Part shown: piece after piece, positions 9,601 to 20,173 of the stretch | Layout of the letters: each line of letters begins with the position of its first letter | Position numbering within the stretch: the stretch's first letter is position 1 | NCBI GenBank assembly: GCA_002269645.1 | Contig: NIVC01005070.1 | Location: 1-27,050 of the forward strand | Source of the DNA: Macrostomum lignano | Lineage: Eukaryota | Direction of reading: 5' to 3' | Length of the DNA: 27,050 nt | Translations under genes and position numbers: made by a program | Notes under the pieces: model-generated | Seen by the model: only the letters and a program-made list of their open reading frames with translations | Told to the model about the DNA's origin: nothing | The model's database searches: none

Positions 9601-12248
9601 GTAGATTCCTCCGAAGGTAGATTCATTCCCTTGAGGGTAGATTCATTCCCCCGAGGGTAGATTCCCCCGAGGGTAGATTCCCCCGAGGGTAGATTCCCCC
9701 GAAGGTAGATTCCCCCCGAAGATAGATTCCCTCGAGGGTAGATTCCCCCGAAGATAGATTCCCCCGAGGGTAGGTTCCCTCGAGGGTAGATTCCCCCGAA
9801 GGTAGATTCCCCCGAAGGTAGATTCCCCCGAAGGTAGATTCCCCCGAAGGTAGATTCCCCCGAAGGTAGATTCCCCCGAGGGTAGATTCCTTTGCTTTTC
9901 CCAATACGTATATAATCCCATTTCTCTAGACCTGGATCCCCAGACTAGGCTAATGTCCCCAAGGCTAGATTTTCCCAGACTGACAGGTCTCAACCCACAC
10001 TCCTAATGAGGGTCCTCATGCCCGCCTCTGGATGGGCCATTCGGGACACCCGAGTTCAGAGAGAAAGTGTGCAGCTAATGCTCAGCAACAGCAAAGAGGA
10101 CAATTTGTGAGCATCATTATTGCATTGGGGCAGAGGATAATTGATGCAAATCAGGGTCACGAAATCAGGGCCATGCTTGAGCAATGGAGGAGTCGATTTA
10201 TCGGGAACGAGTTCTCCGCCCTCATTAACAGCATAAGGCTCTTGACTTCAATCGATTTCCCAATGCAAGTAGATGTCGAAGGGATCAGTGTCCGTTAATG
10301 CACTGACTGACTCATCCCGCCGTGAGCAATGAAAATCAACCAGCTACATCGCAAAGTTTTGGCTGCATTCCAGCCGCAGTTCACACAACACCCACCTGCC
10401 GCGTCACCCGTATCCCTGCTGCTTTTACGCACACGTGTTTTTGCAGCTACCGGTCTGAATGCCGAGAGGGCTGGGCAGAGTGGAGCATGACTCATTCCTT
10501 CCGCCAGCCCTCGCCCTTCCCCCCTCTCCTCTCTTTCCCGCTCCTCCACTGCTGCTCTCTCCCGCAACTGGAGCAGTCTTGTTACCTCCCGTGCAATATA
10601 CGTCCTCAGCTAGTCAGTCCTGTTCTCTCACCAATGATTATCATCTGGATGGAGATAAGGTGTGAAACAGCAGGTAAGTGGAAAAGATTGCAAATACAAG
10701 GTAATTTGTATAACTACAGCGCTCTGACTCATAGGATGAAATATTGCAAAGAGAAGAGGCAATTGATTGTACTATTACTAGACAGTCAGTGTCACCATAG
10801 ACGACAGCCAGCCAATCAGTACTCACCCCAGTCAGACAGCCTAGCCACCACCCCATCCAGTCAGCCAGCCAATCAGCGCGCACCCCAGTCAGCGAGCTAA
10901 CCAACCGCCACCGACCACCCATCACAGGCGAATACGGCACCCGCGCAATCAGCATCGAAGGTCGCCAGCTGTCCATCACGGCTGCCTCCTTTGTGGTATT
11001 TAACGGTGGCGGCGGCACATTCGCCCAGAATCGGGCTAGCATCGTAGAGGACGGCGTGCTAGTGCAGCTCACCGATGATCAGATGGCCCGGCTGAGAGAT
11101 GCACTCAGGTGAGGCCCCAGCTCAAGCTCGCAAACTCCACAAACCCCACCCCACAAACCCCACCCCACAAACCCCCACCCTACAAACCCCATCCTACAAA
11201 CCCCACCCTACAAACCCCATCCTACAAACCCCATCCTACAAACCCCACCCCACAAACCCCATCCTACAAACCCCATCCTACAAACCCCACCCCACAAACC
11301 CCACCCTAAAAACCCCACCCTACAAACCCCATCCTACAAACCCCACCCTACAAACCCCACCCCACAAACCCCACCCTACAAACCCCAACCTACAAACCCC
11401 ACCCTACAAACCCCACCCCACAAACCCCATCCTACAAACCCCACCCTACAAACCCCATCCTACAAACCCCATCCTACAAACCCCACCCTACAAACCCCAC
11501 CCCACAAACCCCCGCCCTACAAACCCCACCCCACAAACCCCACCCTACAAACCCCACCCTACAAACCCCATTCTGCAAAACCCACCCCAAAAACCCCACC
11601 CCACAATCCCCACTCCAAAACCGCGCCCGCAGGTCAATGCGCACCTGGTCGGCCGTTTGTTCGGCCGCCGACTCGGCCGGCGATCTCGTCGAGTTTGTCT
11701 GGCAGACGCGCCAGGACGACGACAAGGAGCGGCGAACTTCGCCGTCTGAGGCCGGCTGCGAGTTCAGCAACTCGGAGCGCTGGATCAGCCTGGTGGACGG
11801 CCAGCCGCTGACGGGCTGCCGGACGATCCGCCTGGCACCTGGCGGCCAGCGGACCGTCCGCTGCACGCGGTTGCACGCCATCCGGGAAGGCGACCTCTCT
11901 GAGGGCAGCCCGGCCGACTGTCTGCGCTGGGCGAACCGCCTGGCCGGAGCTGTCGTCGCCGCCGTTAACGAAGCCGCCGAAGCCGCGAGCGTCGATGAAG
12001 AAGATCCGACAGACGACGGCGAGGCGCTTGGTGGCGGCTGCCCAGCCGAATTCGCCGTCTGCGTGCGCGCCGGGCTGGCCGAGGGCGCTAGCTGGACGGC
12101 CGGCCAGCGAATTACACAGCCGGCGCTGCTGCGGTCGCTGGAATCGGCGCTGCGGCCGCTGCTGGCCGAGCTGGACCGCCTGCTGGCGTCCGAGCTGGCG
12201 CTGGAGCTGGTGTTCGCCCGGCTGCCGGCCAAGGGCGGCGCTGACTGA
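4782..12248 (+). CDS. ZFYVE9: SARA/endofin-family FYVE protein; join(4782..6657 [frame break at ~6120-6182], 8926..9314, 10928..11108, 11633..12248), ~1000-1020 aa
   Basis: FYVE domain with all three signatures (WVPD, RRRHHCR, RVC). RSVVFEDG matches SARA RVWFADG. The C-terminal SARA/DUF3480-type region matches by recall: [75 protein letters not shown], LELVF. All three introns are GT-AG with matching phases (2,1,2). ZFYVE9 versus ZFYVE16 cannot be resolved by eye. Confidence 0.93.
6662..7116 (+). repeat. Intron-1 minisatellite, 16-bp unit GGGGAATTTGAAGCTT, ~28 copies
   Basis: Direct reading. Starts 4 nt after the splice donor; many units carry AAGCTT. Confidence 0.95.
8042..8830 (+). repeat. 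Intron-1 minisatellite with interspersed 28-bp (AGAGCCTCATAGAGGGTTCATTAGGTAT) and 27-bp (AGAGCCTCATAGAGGTTCAGAAGGTAT) variants, ~28 copies
   Basis: Direct reading of two alternating unit types. Confidence 0.95.
8926..9314 (+). CDS. ZFYVE9: SARA/endofin exon 2 (389 nt, phase 2 to 1)
   Basis: Acceptor ttatcatcag|G TGG GAG GCG CCC TGG (R-WEAPW, cf. SARA KWETPW). Donor ACAG|GTTGGT. Confidence 0.92.
9353..9890 (+). repeat. Intron-2 minisatellite, 16-bp unit (A/G)GGTAGATTCCCCCGA, ~33 copies
   Basis: Direct reading. It is the source of the GIYLRGNLPSGESTF artefact ORFs. Confidence 0.95.
10805..10920 (+). repeat. Degenerate ~57-bp tandem repeat (CAGCCAGCCAATCAG...CACCCCAGTCAG) abutting the intron-2 acceptor
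   Basis: The motif recurs at 10805 and 10862. Confidence 0.6.
10928..11108 (+). CDS. ZFYVE9: SARA/endofin exon 3 (181 nt, phase 1 to 2); absent from the ORF track
   Basis: atcacag|GC GAA TAC GGC... translates as [61 protein letters not shown], matching SARA GNYQTQAISIHNQPRKVTGASFFVFSG...SSIVEDGVMVQIT...LRQALR. Donor AG|GTGAGG. Confidence 0.92.
11139..11620 (+). repeat. Intron-3 minisatellite, 14-bp unit ACAAACCCCA(C/T)CCT, ~34 copies, filling nearly the whole intron
   Basis: Direct reading. The minus strand is GGGGTTTGTAGGGTGGGG-rich (G-quadruplex-prone). Confidence 0.95.
11633..12248 (+). CDS. ZFYVE9: SARA/endofin terminal exon 4
   Basis: Acceptor cccgcag|G TCA ATG. Contains WISLVDGQPL (cf. 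VVSPIDGKSM) and ends LALELVFARL...TGA (cf. VMELIFYIL). Confidence 0.88.
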
Positions 12249-12280
12249 CAGCAGAAACTCCTAGAAAGCAGAAACAAACA

Positions 12281-12286
12281 AATAAA
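12281..12286 (+). terminator. Polyadenylation signal AATAAA of the SARA gene
   Basis: Canonical hexamer 33 nt after the stop codon. Confidence 0.55.
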
Positions 12287-13355
12287 GAGACACAATTAAG
12301 CCTGATTGTGATCGATAAAAATTCGATTCCATTCAAACTCGCGCCAAGATGACAGTAGTAAAACAAAACGAAACACAGAGTGAAACAGGAAGATTTAAAG
12401 TGGTTTTAGGGTTCTTAAGGACTTTTGTGGGGCGTTAAAAAATGTTCAAAAACGCGTATTTTGGCGCGAATTCAAATTTAGCTTAAGCTACGTGAAATAC
12501 TTGAAGTACTGTTGAGTCACAGAGATCTTAAACTAGCAGCAGCTGCATAATTATTTAATCAAAGCTTACCACATCTTGCGCACCAAATTGTGTCATCTGA
12601 TGATTCGTTCGCTCACCTGCCTTCTATCGCTGTACTCAGGCCACTGCTGCACAGGCTGGAAATGTAGCCATTGCTCAGCTGCATGGAGCAAATTTCTGCA
12701 ATCGACGTAATATCGACATTTTTCTGGTCTTTTGCAACTCATCGATTTATCCCAATTTATCCCCACTTTGCCTACTCAGCGGTTTCTGCCTCATCTTCCC
12801 CCTCTTACTTGACTTAGCTGCAGGGGGCTCCGTGCGTCCGGAAACAGCGAGGAGGCGTTGCCGCCCATTTCGCTAGCCCCATCTTCCCCCTCTCTCTCTC
12901 TGTTGTAATTCTTGAGCATTCGCGCACCGCCCATAGCAACTGAAAACCCGAGCACACCGAAGCCTTCAAACCGCCTCAGTCTGTGATTCGCCGCCGCAAA
13001 TTCTTTTATCCGTCGAGTCAGATTTTTTTTGCAAATAAGAATTAAGATTTTACTTATTCGTTTCCTCATTTTACTACTCTTTCAAGTTATAGTGTGAGTA
13101 GTGTATGTGGGGGCGATAAGGCCGAAATTCGCAGATTTCTCTATAGTAAAAAATCCTCACATTTATAAGCTGACTGAGATTTTCCTCGCTCATGAAATTC
13201 GTGACTTTATCAGAAATAAAACTGTGAAAGGCCGCTCGGTGGATGCCCGCAGCTTCATCGGCAGACTTTCGCTTTGGATTTTTGCCCGCTTTGGCAAACT
13301 TTCACTGCTCGTTGTTTGATTTTCATCAATTCTAGTGCCTGGAGTTTCTTAGTCA

Positions 13356-14293
<938 letters not shown>

Positions 14294-14516
14294 TCGGAAG
14301 CGCAGGCGGAGTGGCGCACTGCTGCATTCACGCCAAGCACGCACAATGTGACGCTGCAGAATGCTTTCCTAAACTGTCGCTCAGTCCTAAGTTAGTCTTC
14401 AGCAAACTGCAGCAAGAACTCAGTCGAACTCAAAGCCATTGTTCTCAGAATTTTCAATTGTTATCGCGGACAATGCGACAGATTTAGAAAGCCAGCTGAG
14501 ATGAACAGAAAAAAAG

Positions 14517-14556
14517 TTTATTATTGCCGATAGGCCGAGGTAGTGAGAATTTTATT
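14517..14556 (-). terminator. Candidate poly(A) signals (two AATAAA on minus) for the secreted Gly-rich gene
   Basis: TTTATT on + at 14517-14522 and 14551-14556, ~260-300 nt past the stop at 14818. Confidence 0.35.
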
Positions 14557-14817
14557 ATCGCTTTTAATAACAGTCATCAAGTAAGCAGCAAAAGTCAGGG
14601 GATGTAGAAGCAGCTGAGGTGGCAGGTTGTTGCTGGGCTTCTATTTGGAGCAATGGGCGGCATGGTTATCGCATTTTCGATTTCATGAGAATCAGCATGG
14701 ACAGAAGAGAATTAGGTAATAAAATTTTAGAACGCATTTTGTTTCCAAGAAATGTAAAGCTTCATTTAGCCATGGCCTGCTTGGTTCGGCGAATGCGAGC
14801 AGCCTCGTTCAGGCGGC

Positions 14818-16339
14818 TCACGCGCAGGCGGATGCCGCCCCGATCAGCTGGATGCTGACCCGCCCGGCAGCCTGGCTGTTGCCCCCCGCCGAGCCCTGCA
14901 CTGCGGTGGCTCCGGAAGCCGCGTAGCTGCCGCCGCCGCCACCACCGACTGCTCCGTTGCCGCTCGTCCCGCCACCCGAGTAGCCGCCGCCACCGCCGCC
15001 GCCGCCAGGCTCGTTGCCAGACTTCTTGCCACCCCGCCGCCTCCACCGAAGCCGCCGGTGCCGGCCTGGGCGGTGCCGACCCCGCCGGTCCAGCCGCCTG
15101 CGCGAGAGACGCCGCCGCCGCCATTGTTGCCTCCGCTCTGCGATCCGCCGTCCGACAGCCAGCCGGCGCCGCCACCGCCCGAGCCACCGCAGCAAGCCGC
15201 CGAAGCTGCCGGAGCGCCGTTCCCTTCAGCACCGCCGCTGCCGCGGTAGCTGTCCGCCACCGCCGAGGCGCTTCCGTTCTGCCCCACGGCACCCGAAACT
15301 CCAGCCGACATCTCGGCCGCTCCGCCGCCTCCGCCGGCCGCCAACAGCAGCGCCAGCGACCCAGACTCATAGACATAACTCCCGCCGCCCCCGCCGGCTC
15401 CGTAGTTGCTGCCAGTCGCGTCGCTGCCAGCCTCACCGACGACCACCGTCAGCTGTGCGCCGCTGAGCACGAAGGTCGCCTCCTTGTGGGCGCCGTTACC
15501 GCCGGGGTTCGCGCCGGAGTTCGAGCCGCCCCGGGCGCCCCACGCTCGGATTCGGTAGCAGGCGCCGGGCACGGGCGGCGAGTAGCTCTGGGGAGACGAG
15601 CTGCCTGCGGCTGTTTGAGGACGTTGGAGAAGCGCGGGAGTGGCTAACGAATTTGAGACCTTTGCGAATTTGAGAATTTCAATGGGCAGAAAAGTGCGCA
15701 GCTTACAGAAGTTGCGGTAGGCCGCCTCTGGTGCGACGGTGGAAATTTGAGCATCTAATGTCGTTGTTGGAGTTGTGGTGGTCGTTGTCGGAGTTGTGGT
15801 GGTTGTTGTCGGAGTTGTGGTGGTCGTTGTCGGAGTTGTGGTGGTTGTTGTCGGAGTTGTGGTGGTTGTTGTCGGAGTTGTGGTGGTCGTTGTCGGAGTT
15901 GTGGTGGTTGTTGTCGGAGTTGTGGTGGACGTTGTAGGAGTTGTGGTGGTCGTTGTCGGAGTAGTCTCAGCCGCGTCTTCCGGGCAGCCGGGCCGATCCG
16001 CCGCCACCCAGGTGCTGCAGTCGCCGCCACCAGATGCAGTCCAGAGGCTGCGCAGGTCGCAGGCGGTGCCCATTCGGCACACGGAGGCTCCGCTGTCAAA
16101 CTCGGCGACCCGCAGGCGGCTTCGACGCCGCAGAGGAGGGCGCAGGCGGCCGCGCTGACGGCCTGCCTGGCCGGGAGGTGGGCGGCCGAGGCGTTCGAGC
16201 AGCAGAGACCGCGGGCCGGCAGCAGCCGCAGTCGAGTGGCACTGCAGCTGGGCTGGGCCGATGAGGCCGGGTGGAGGCTGGGCTGCAGCAGCAGCAGCAG
16301 CAGCAGCAGCAGTGGTTGGAACAGGAGCTGGAGGCTCAT
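14818..16339 (-). CDS. Secreted PAN/apple + Thr-rich stalk + ALK/LTK-type glycine-rich domain protein; complement(join(14818..15610,15707..16339)) with two 1-nt frameshifts, ~475 aa after repair
   Basis: Signal peptide MSLQLLFQPLLLLLLLLLQPSLHPASSA. PAN-type CALLC-GVEAAC-RVAEFDSGASVC (Cx3Cx5Cx11C) assembled across a frameshift at ~16110. (TTTTTTP)n stalk. Gly-rich domain motifs YRIRAWGARGG, GGNGA..ATFVL..LTVVVG, GGGGGSYV, LLLAAGGGGGA, GGFGGGG, GGGGGYSGG, GGGGSY and GRVSI, joined across a frameshift at ~15033. Could be a pseudogene if the frameshifts are real. Confidence 0.8.
15761..15966 (-). repeat. Coding 21-bp tandem repeat encoding (TTTTTTP) x ~9-10, a mucin-like O-glycosylation stalk
   Basis: The + strand unit GTTGTGGTGGT(C/T)GTTGTCGGA is in frame with the Gly-rich domain. 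Confidence 0.9.
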
Positions 16340-18283
16340 CTTGTTGTCCGATGGGGATCGCTCTCAACAAGCCTCAGTAACAGGAGGCCTATCATATGTC
16401 TATACATGCGAGGGGTCAGTGCGAGCCCTCATGGAGCGCGATTGGCTCAGGCAGGCCCAGTTGTGCAAAATCCAGTCAATTAAATGAGTCCAGGTGGCAT
16501 CTCCAACTCTCTCCCCCCTCTACTTCCTTTTCTATCGCATTCTATATTTGTCCCTTAATTAGCTTGCAGTATCTGCATGGCCAATTGCCCAGAAAAGCAG
16601 AGCTGCATGTTAGCTTGAAAAAGAAACATTATGCAAACAAAGAGCTCAGCCATCGCAAATTAACTTACTATCATGCTTGCATGCTCCGTAAATTAAATCA
16701 TAACCATTGGTGCCCTGTGCACAGTTTGTCACACCCTGCAGTTCTCAGTTGTCCCGCGAGCCCGTGCTCTGCGAAGCATTGTTTCCAAGCATTTGATCCC
16801 TGTGGAAACTCTGTCAGGGAATTCCACTTTCTAAATATAGGCTGCTGAGACTCTTCACGTTCATCAGCATTAATAACTCGTGATAATAATTGCTGAGACT
16901 GAGATGCAATGACAAAACTGCAGATCAATTGCCTATTGAGCTTTGCCAGCTATATACTCATTTACTATATACGCATATGGTTTATGGTCTAATGGTCTAT
17001 TGTTATACTGTATACACAAATTCAGTAATTAATGTGATTATTAGTGGAATACATGTATTTACGCAATATTGAATGTTCCGAATCTTTGATTATTAGCAGC
17101 AGCAGCCGTCAGAGCGTAATTAGTGATTAGAGAATCAAGCTAAATCAGTCGAAAAATCCTTTCGCCTTTCTTCTCTCCCAATCAATCAACACAGTCCTCA
17201 GTCTTGTATGTGGGCCAGATAAATCAGTCCATGGGGGTGATACCTTATACTCGTACTTATACCAGTGCGGGGTCAAGGGGGCTTGACATTAAGAACGTTA
17301 AGACAATTTTTTAAAATGATTTGATGTCTATGGTCAATAGCAGAATTTCTATACCATTATATTCTGCAGATTAGGACATGCGGTGAATGTTTCAGACAAT
17401 TCTCGTAGCCAAGTGAGCAGTTAGAAGCAGCGTTTTATTATTGTCTTTGGGCGAGTGAAATAAACCGTTTATCTGCACCGATGCAAGTAAATGAAATCTA
17501 CACAGAGACCAGAGACGTTCGCCCGGGCAAGTGGGGGATACTGGGAGAGCCAGAGTGCAGTTTTCTACAAATGTCCATGACTTTCTTATTGAAAACTTCC
17601 TTATGGTGAATTTTGTATTGATGGCTTCGCCTCAACACCCCTGCACTCAATGCGATCTGCTCAGTTCTACATGTACTCCGCATAGTGTTTCAATTAGGTT
17701 AAACTTAATACCCGCCGAATTCAGTTTTCTATGATTGAAAGTCTTTGACCAACTATACATGTATAACCAAAAGATAATTTATACAGGATGGGCCACCCAT
17801 TAACCACTATGCAGGTGGTCCTGAAGCCAATGTGAAAAATTTTGCAATAGATAGGAAGGCAAAAATCAACATTAAATTAATTTAATTGAACAACGCGTTT
17901 CGCACGATACTGTGCATCTTCAGGTTTATTTTTGAGCGAAAGAAACGAGTGACATCGGCAGTAAATAAATACAAAATTTTGGGGTGTAAATTCAATCATA
18001 TTTTGCAGAAATGCAACAAGGGCGAAAATCAACTACTGAACTCAATTTCGTCAGTAGTTTCTGCAGTGCATGCATCATTCATTCTTAGTTTGATTGAGTA
18101 GCTTTTTATTTCATCTGAGATCTCAATCTCAAAATTTGACAAGCAAACTTCCCGCAAGCAAACGTCGTACTCCCGGAATTCTCAATTCTCTCCCATCTAT
18201 AATCTCTAGTCTAATATTTCCTCTCTCACATCTCTCTTTTCTATTATCTCTCCTCTCTGCTCTTTTCACTCTTCTCTTTACTT

Positions 18284-18496
18284 TCATCTCTGATCCTGAC
18301 GAAAGGTGCCAAATCCATCGAAATCCTCTCCGTGAAACAGAGATCTATCAAAATCCAGAAAGGGGAAGAACTCCCATCGCCAGAAATTCATTACCTGAAA
18401 TCCATCAGCTGAATCCCATCATCCAAATCCTCTCCGGGAGACAACTCCAAATTCTCTTCAAGAGACTGAACTTCATTAAAATCACAATCTATCAAG
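18284..18496 (-). pseudogene. Cryptic two-exon acidic C-terminal fragment ending in an FxGF motif (18395..18496 + 18284..18344); upstream exons not found
   Basis: Acceptor ttaatttattgcag|, a 102-nt open exon (LIDCDFNEVQSLEENLELSPGEDLDDGIQLMDF), donor AG|GTAATG, a 50-nt intron ending ttttgatag|, then RSLFHGEDFDGFGTFRQDQR*. The phases match (2/2). Confidence 0.3.
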
Positions 18497-18820
18497 CTGC
18501 AATAAATTAATATGATCTTGATAATAATACGCTCGTATCAAATCAAATTGCAGTAAATCAAGACTCCGTTAAATTGAAATCTATAAAATGATGCACCCTG
18601 AGGACAAGAGGTGTGTTTTATTTATAGATTAGGAAAGTTACATTACATAGATTACACAGTGCAATACTGAAGGTCCGCCTCGTCTTTCGATATTCGATCG
18701 AATCAATCATTGATAGAAGCCCAAGTGGGCGGGGGTTATGAATTATTAATACAAGTTATTAATATTAGCAATAATTTTGCGCAAACAAGCGACGATTGGC
18801 AAGCATCAAACAGATTTGGT

Positions 18821-18836
18821 GGCCCTGAAAAGGGCC
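18821..18836 (-). terminator. Histone 3' stem-loop of the H4 gene (AAAAC-GGCCCTTTTCAGGGCC-ACCAA)
   Basis: Exact canonical 6-bp stem and 4-nt loop with conserved flanks, 116 nt after the H4 stop. Confidence 0.95.
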
Positions 18837-18952
18837 GTTTTAACGTTCAGTAGTTGATGGAAATAAATTACGAGCAGAGCTTAGGCTAACCTAAGCTCTT
18901 TGCCTAACCTAGCCCGCCTGTACACAGTAAAGGGCACGGAGTTGAAATGCGC

Positions 18953-19273
<321 letters not shown>

Positions 19274-19352
19274 CTAGATTCGCTTTGAAGAAACTGAGAT
19301 TAATAATAACCGATATGATATGATAGAAACGGATGTTTCTGTTCACTTTATC

Positions 19353-19396
19353 TTTATAAGCCCCAAGATCTACCAAGGCTGCTCGTTCCTCATTGG
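19353..19396 (-). promoter_or_regulatory. H4 promoter: TATAAA (19353-19358) and CCAAT (19392-19396)
   Basis: TATA ~90 nt and CCAAT ~130 nt upstream of the ATG, in the correct orientation. Confidence 0.6.
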
Positions 19397-19793
19397 CTGA
19401 CGCTAATACACCAAAATATCGATCTTAATAGAATTTTCTTCTTCAGTTGTTCATGTTGGCAAAATTTTAGGAGTGGTTAGTTACAGTTACAGTTAGTACA
19501 ATATACAAACTTATTGGGCATAATGTTTTAATCTTTCGAATTTCGAAAATCTCTATTTCAGAATATGGGGAAATTCAAAAGGCAGAATAGACAAGAGGTA
19601 AATTCTCTGCGGCCAGCTGAAAATGACAAAAATGATAAATTTGAAATTAAAAAGCAACTCTTTCTAGAGTTTTTTTAGAGAACTCACGACATGCAAATTT
19701 TCGAGTCAGTTTTAAAAACTCCCTGTCTAGGCTGTTGCCATATCGATTGATGCAAACTTTAGTTACACGTAAAAAATTGTCTCTGAGTAAAAC

Positions 19794-19808
19794 GGCCCTT
19801 TAAAGGCC
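19794..19808 (+). other. Orphan histone-type stem-loop 1 (AAAAC-GGCCCTTTAAAGGCC-ACAAA; one G short in the 3' arm)
   Basis: Same AAAACGGCCCT 5' flank and AC-A 3' flank as the H4 loop. No histone ORF upstream. Confidence 0.6.
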
Positions 19809-20157
19809 ACAAAGACTAATGTGGATTTAAAAATGTTAGTAAACTCTAATAAAAAGCTATTTCATTTTCCTTACTATTTATATTTAATATTCTATCGAGG
19901 TATCTGCATTTACACGTGAAACTGAAAAGCAAAACAAAAGGATTAAATTAAAATGAGAAATGAGAATCCTGCTGGTCTTTTGCAAAATTGAATGCCAGTC
20001 TGCGGCAACAATTGTTTGAACTTAGTACCAGTAGTAAAGTTAATTTATCCGGTGCGAGGCTAATAGTTATAATTTTGGCTGACAAAATATAATAAAGACT
20101 ACAACTAAATGACTCGGAAAGCATCTTGGGCTCAATTCTAATTTCACTAGGTAAAAC

Positions 20158-20173
20158 GGCCCTTCTTAGGGTC
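20158..20173 (+). other. Orphan histone-type stem-loop 2 (AAAAC-GGCCCTTCTTAGGGTC-ACAC)
   Basis: Full 6-bp stem (one G-U pair), 4-nt loop and conserved flanks. No histone ORF upstream. Confidence 0.7.

Noticed and set aside
10032-10900. ORFs 10032..10298 and 10322..10900 inside SARA intron 2
   Set aside because: No recognisable domain; the SARA exon chain is complete and in phase without them.
6662-11620. Regularly spaced repeats as a CRISPR array
   Set aside because: Head-to-tail units with no unique spacers, eukaryotic intronic context and no cas genes.
17782-18600. Possible Tc1/mariner ends (TA|CAGGATG at 17784; CACCCTG at 18594-18600)
   Set aside because: Only 6 of 7 terminal bases match, there is no TA duplication on the right and no extended TIR.
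19691-19698. Octamer ATGCAAAT as an H2B-promoter relic
   Set aside because: The same 8-mer occurs in AT-rich DNA at 26105, so chance is adequate and there is no supporting context.
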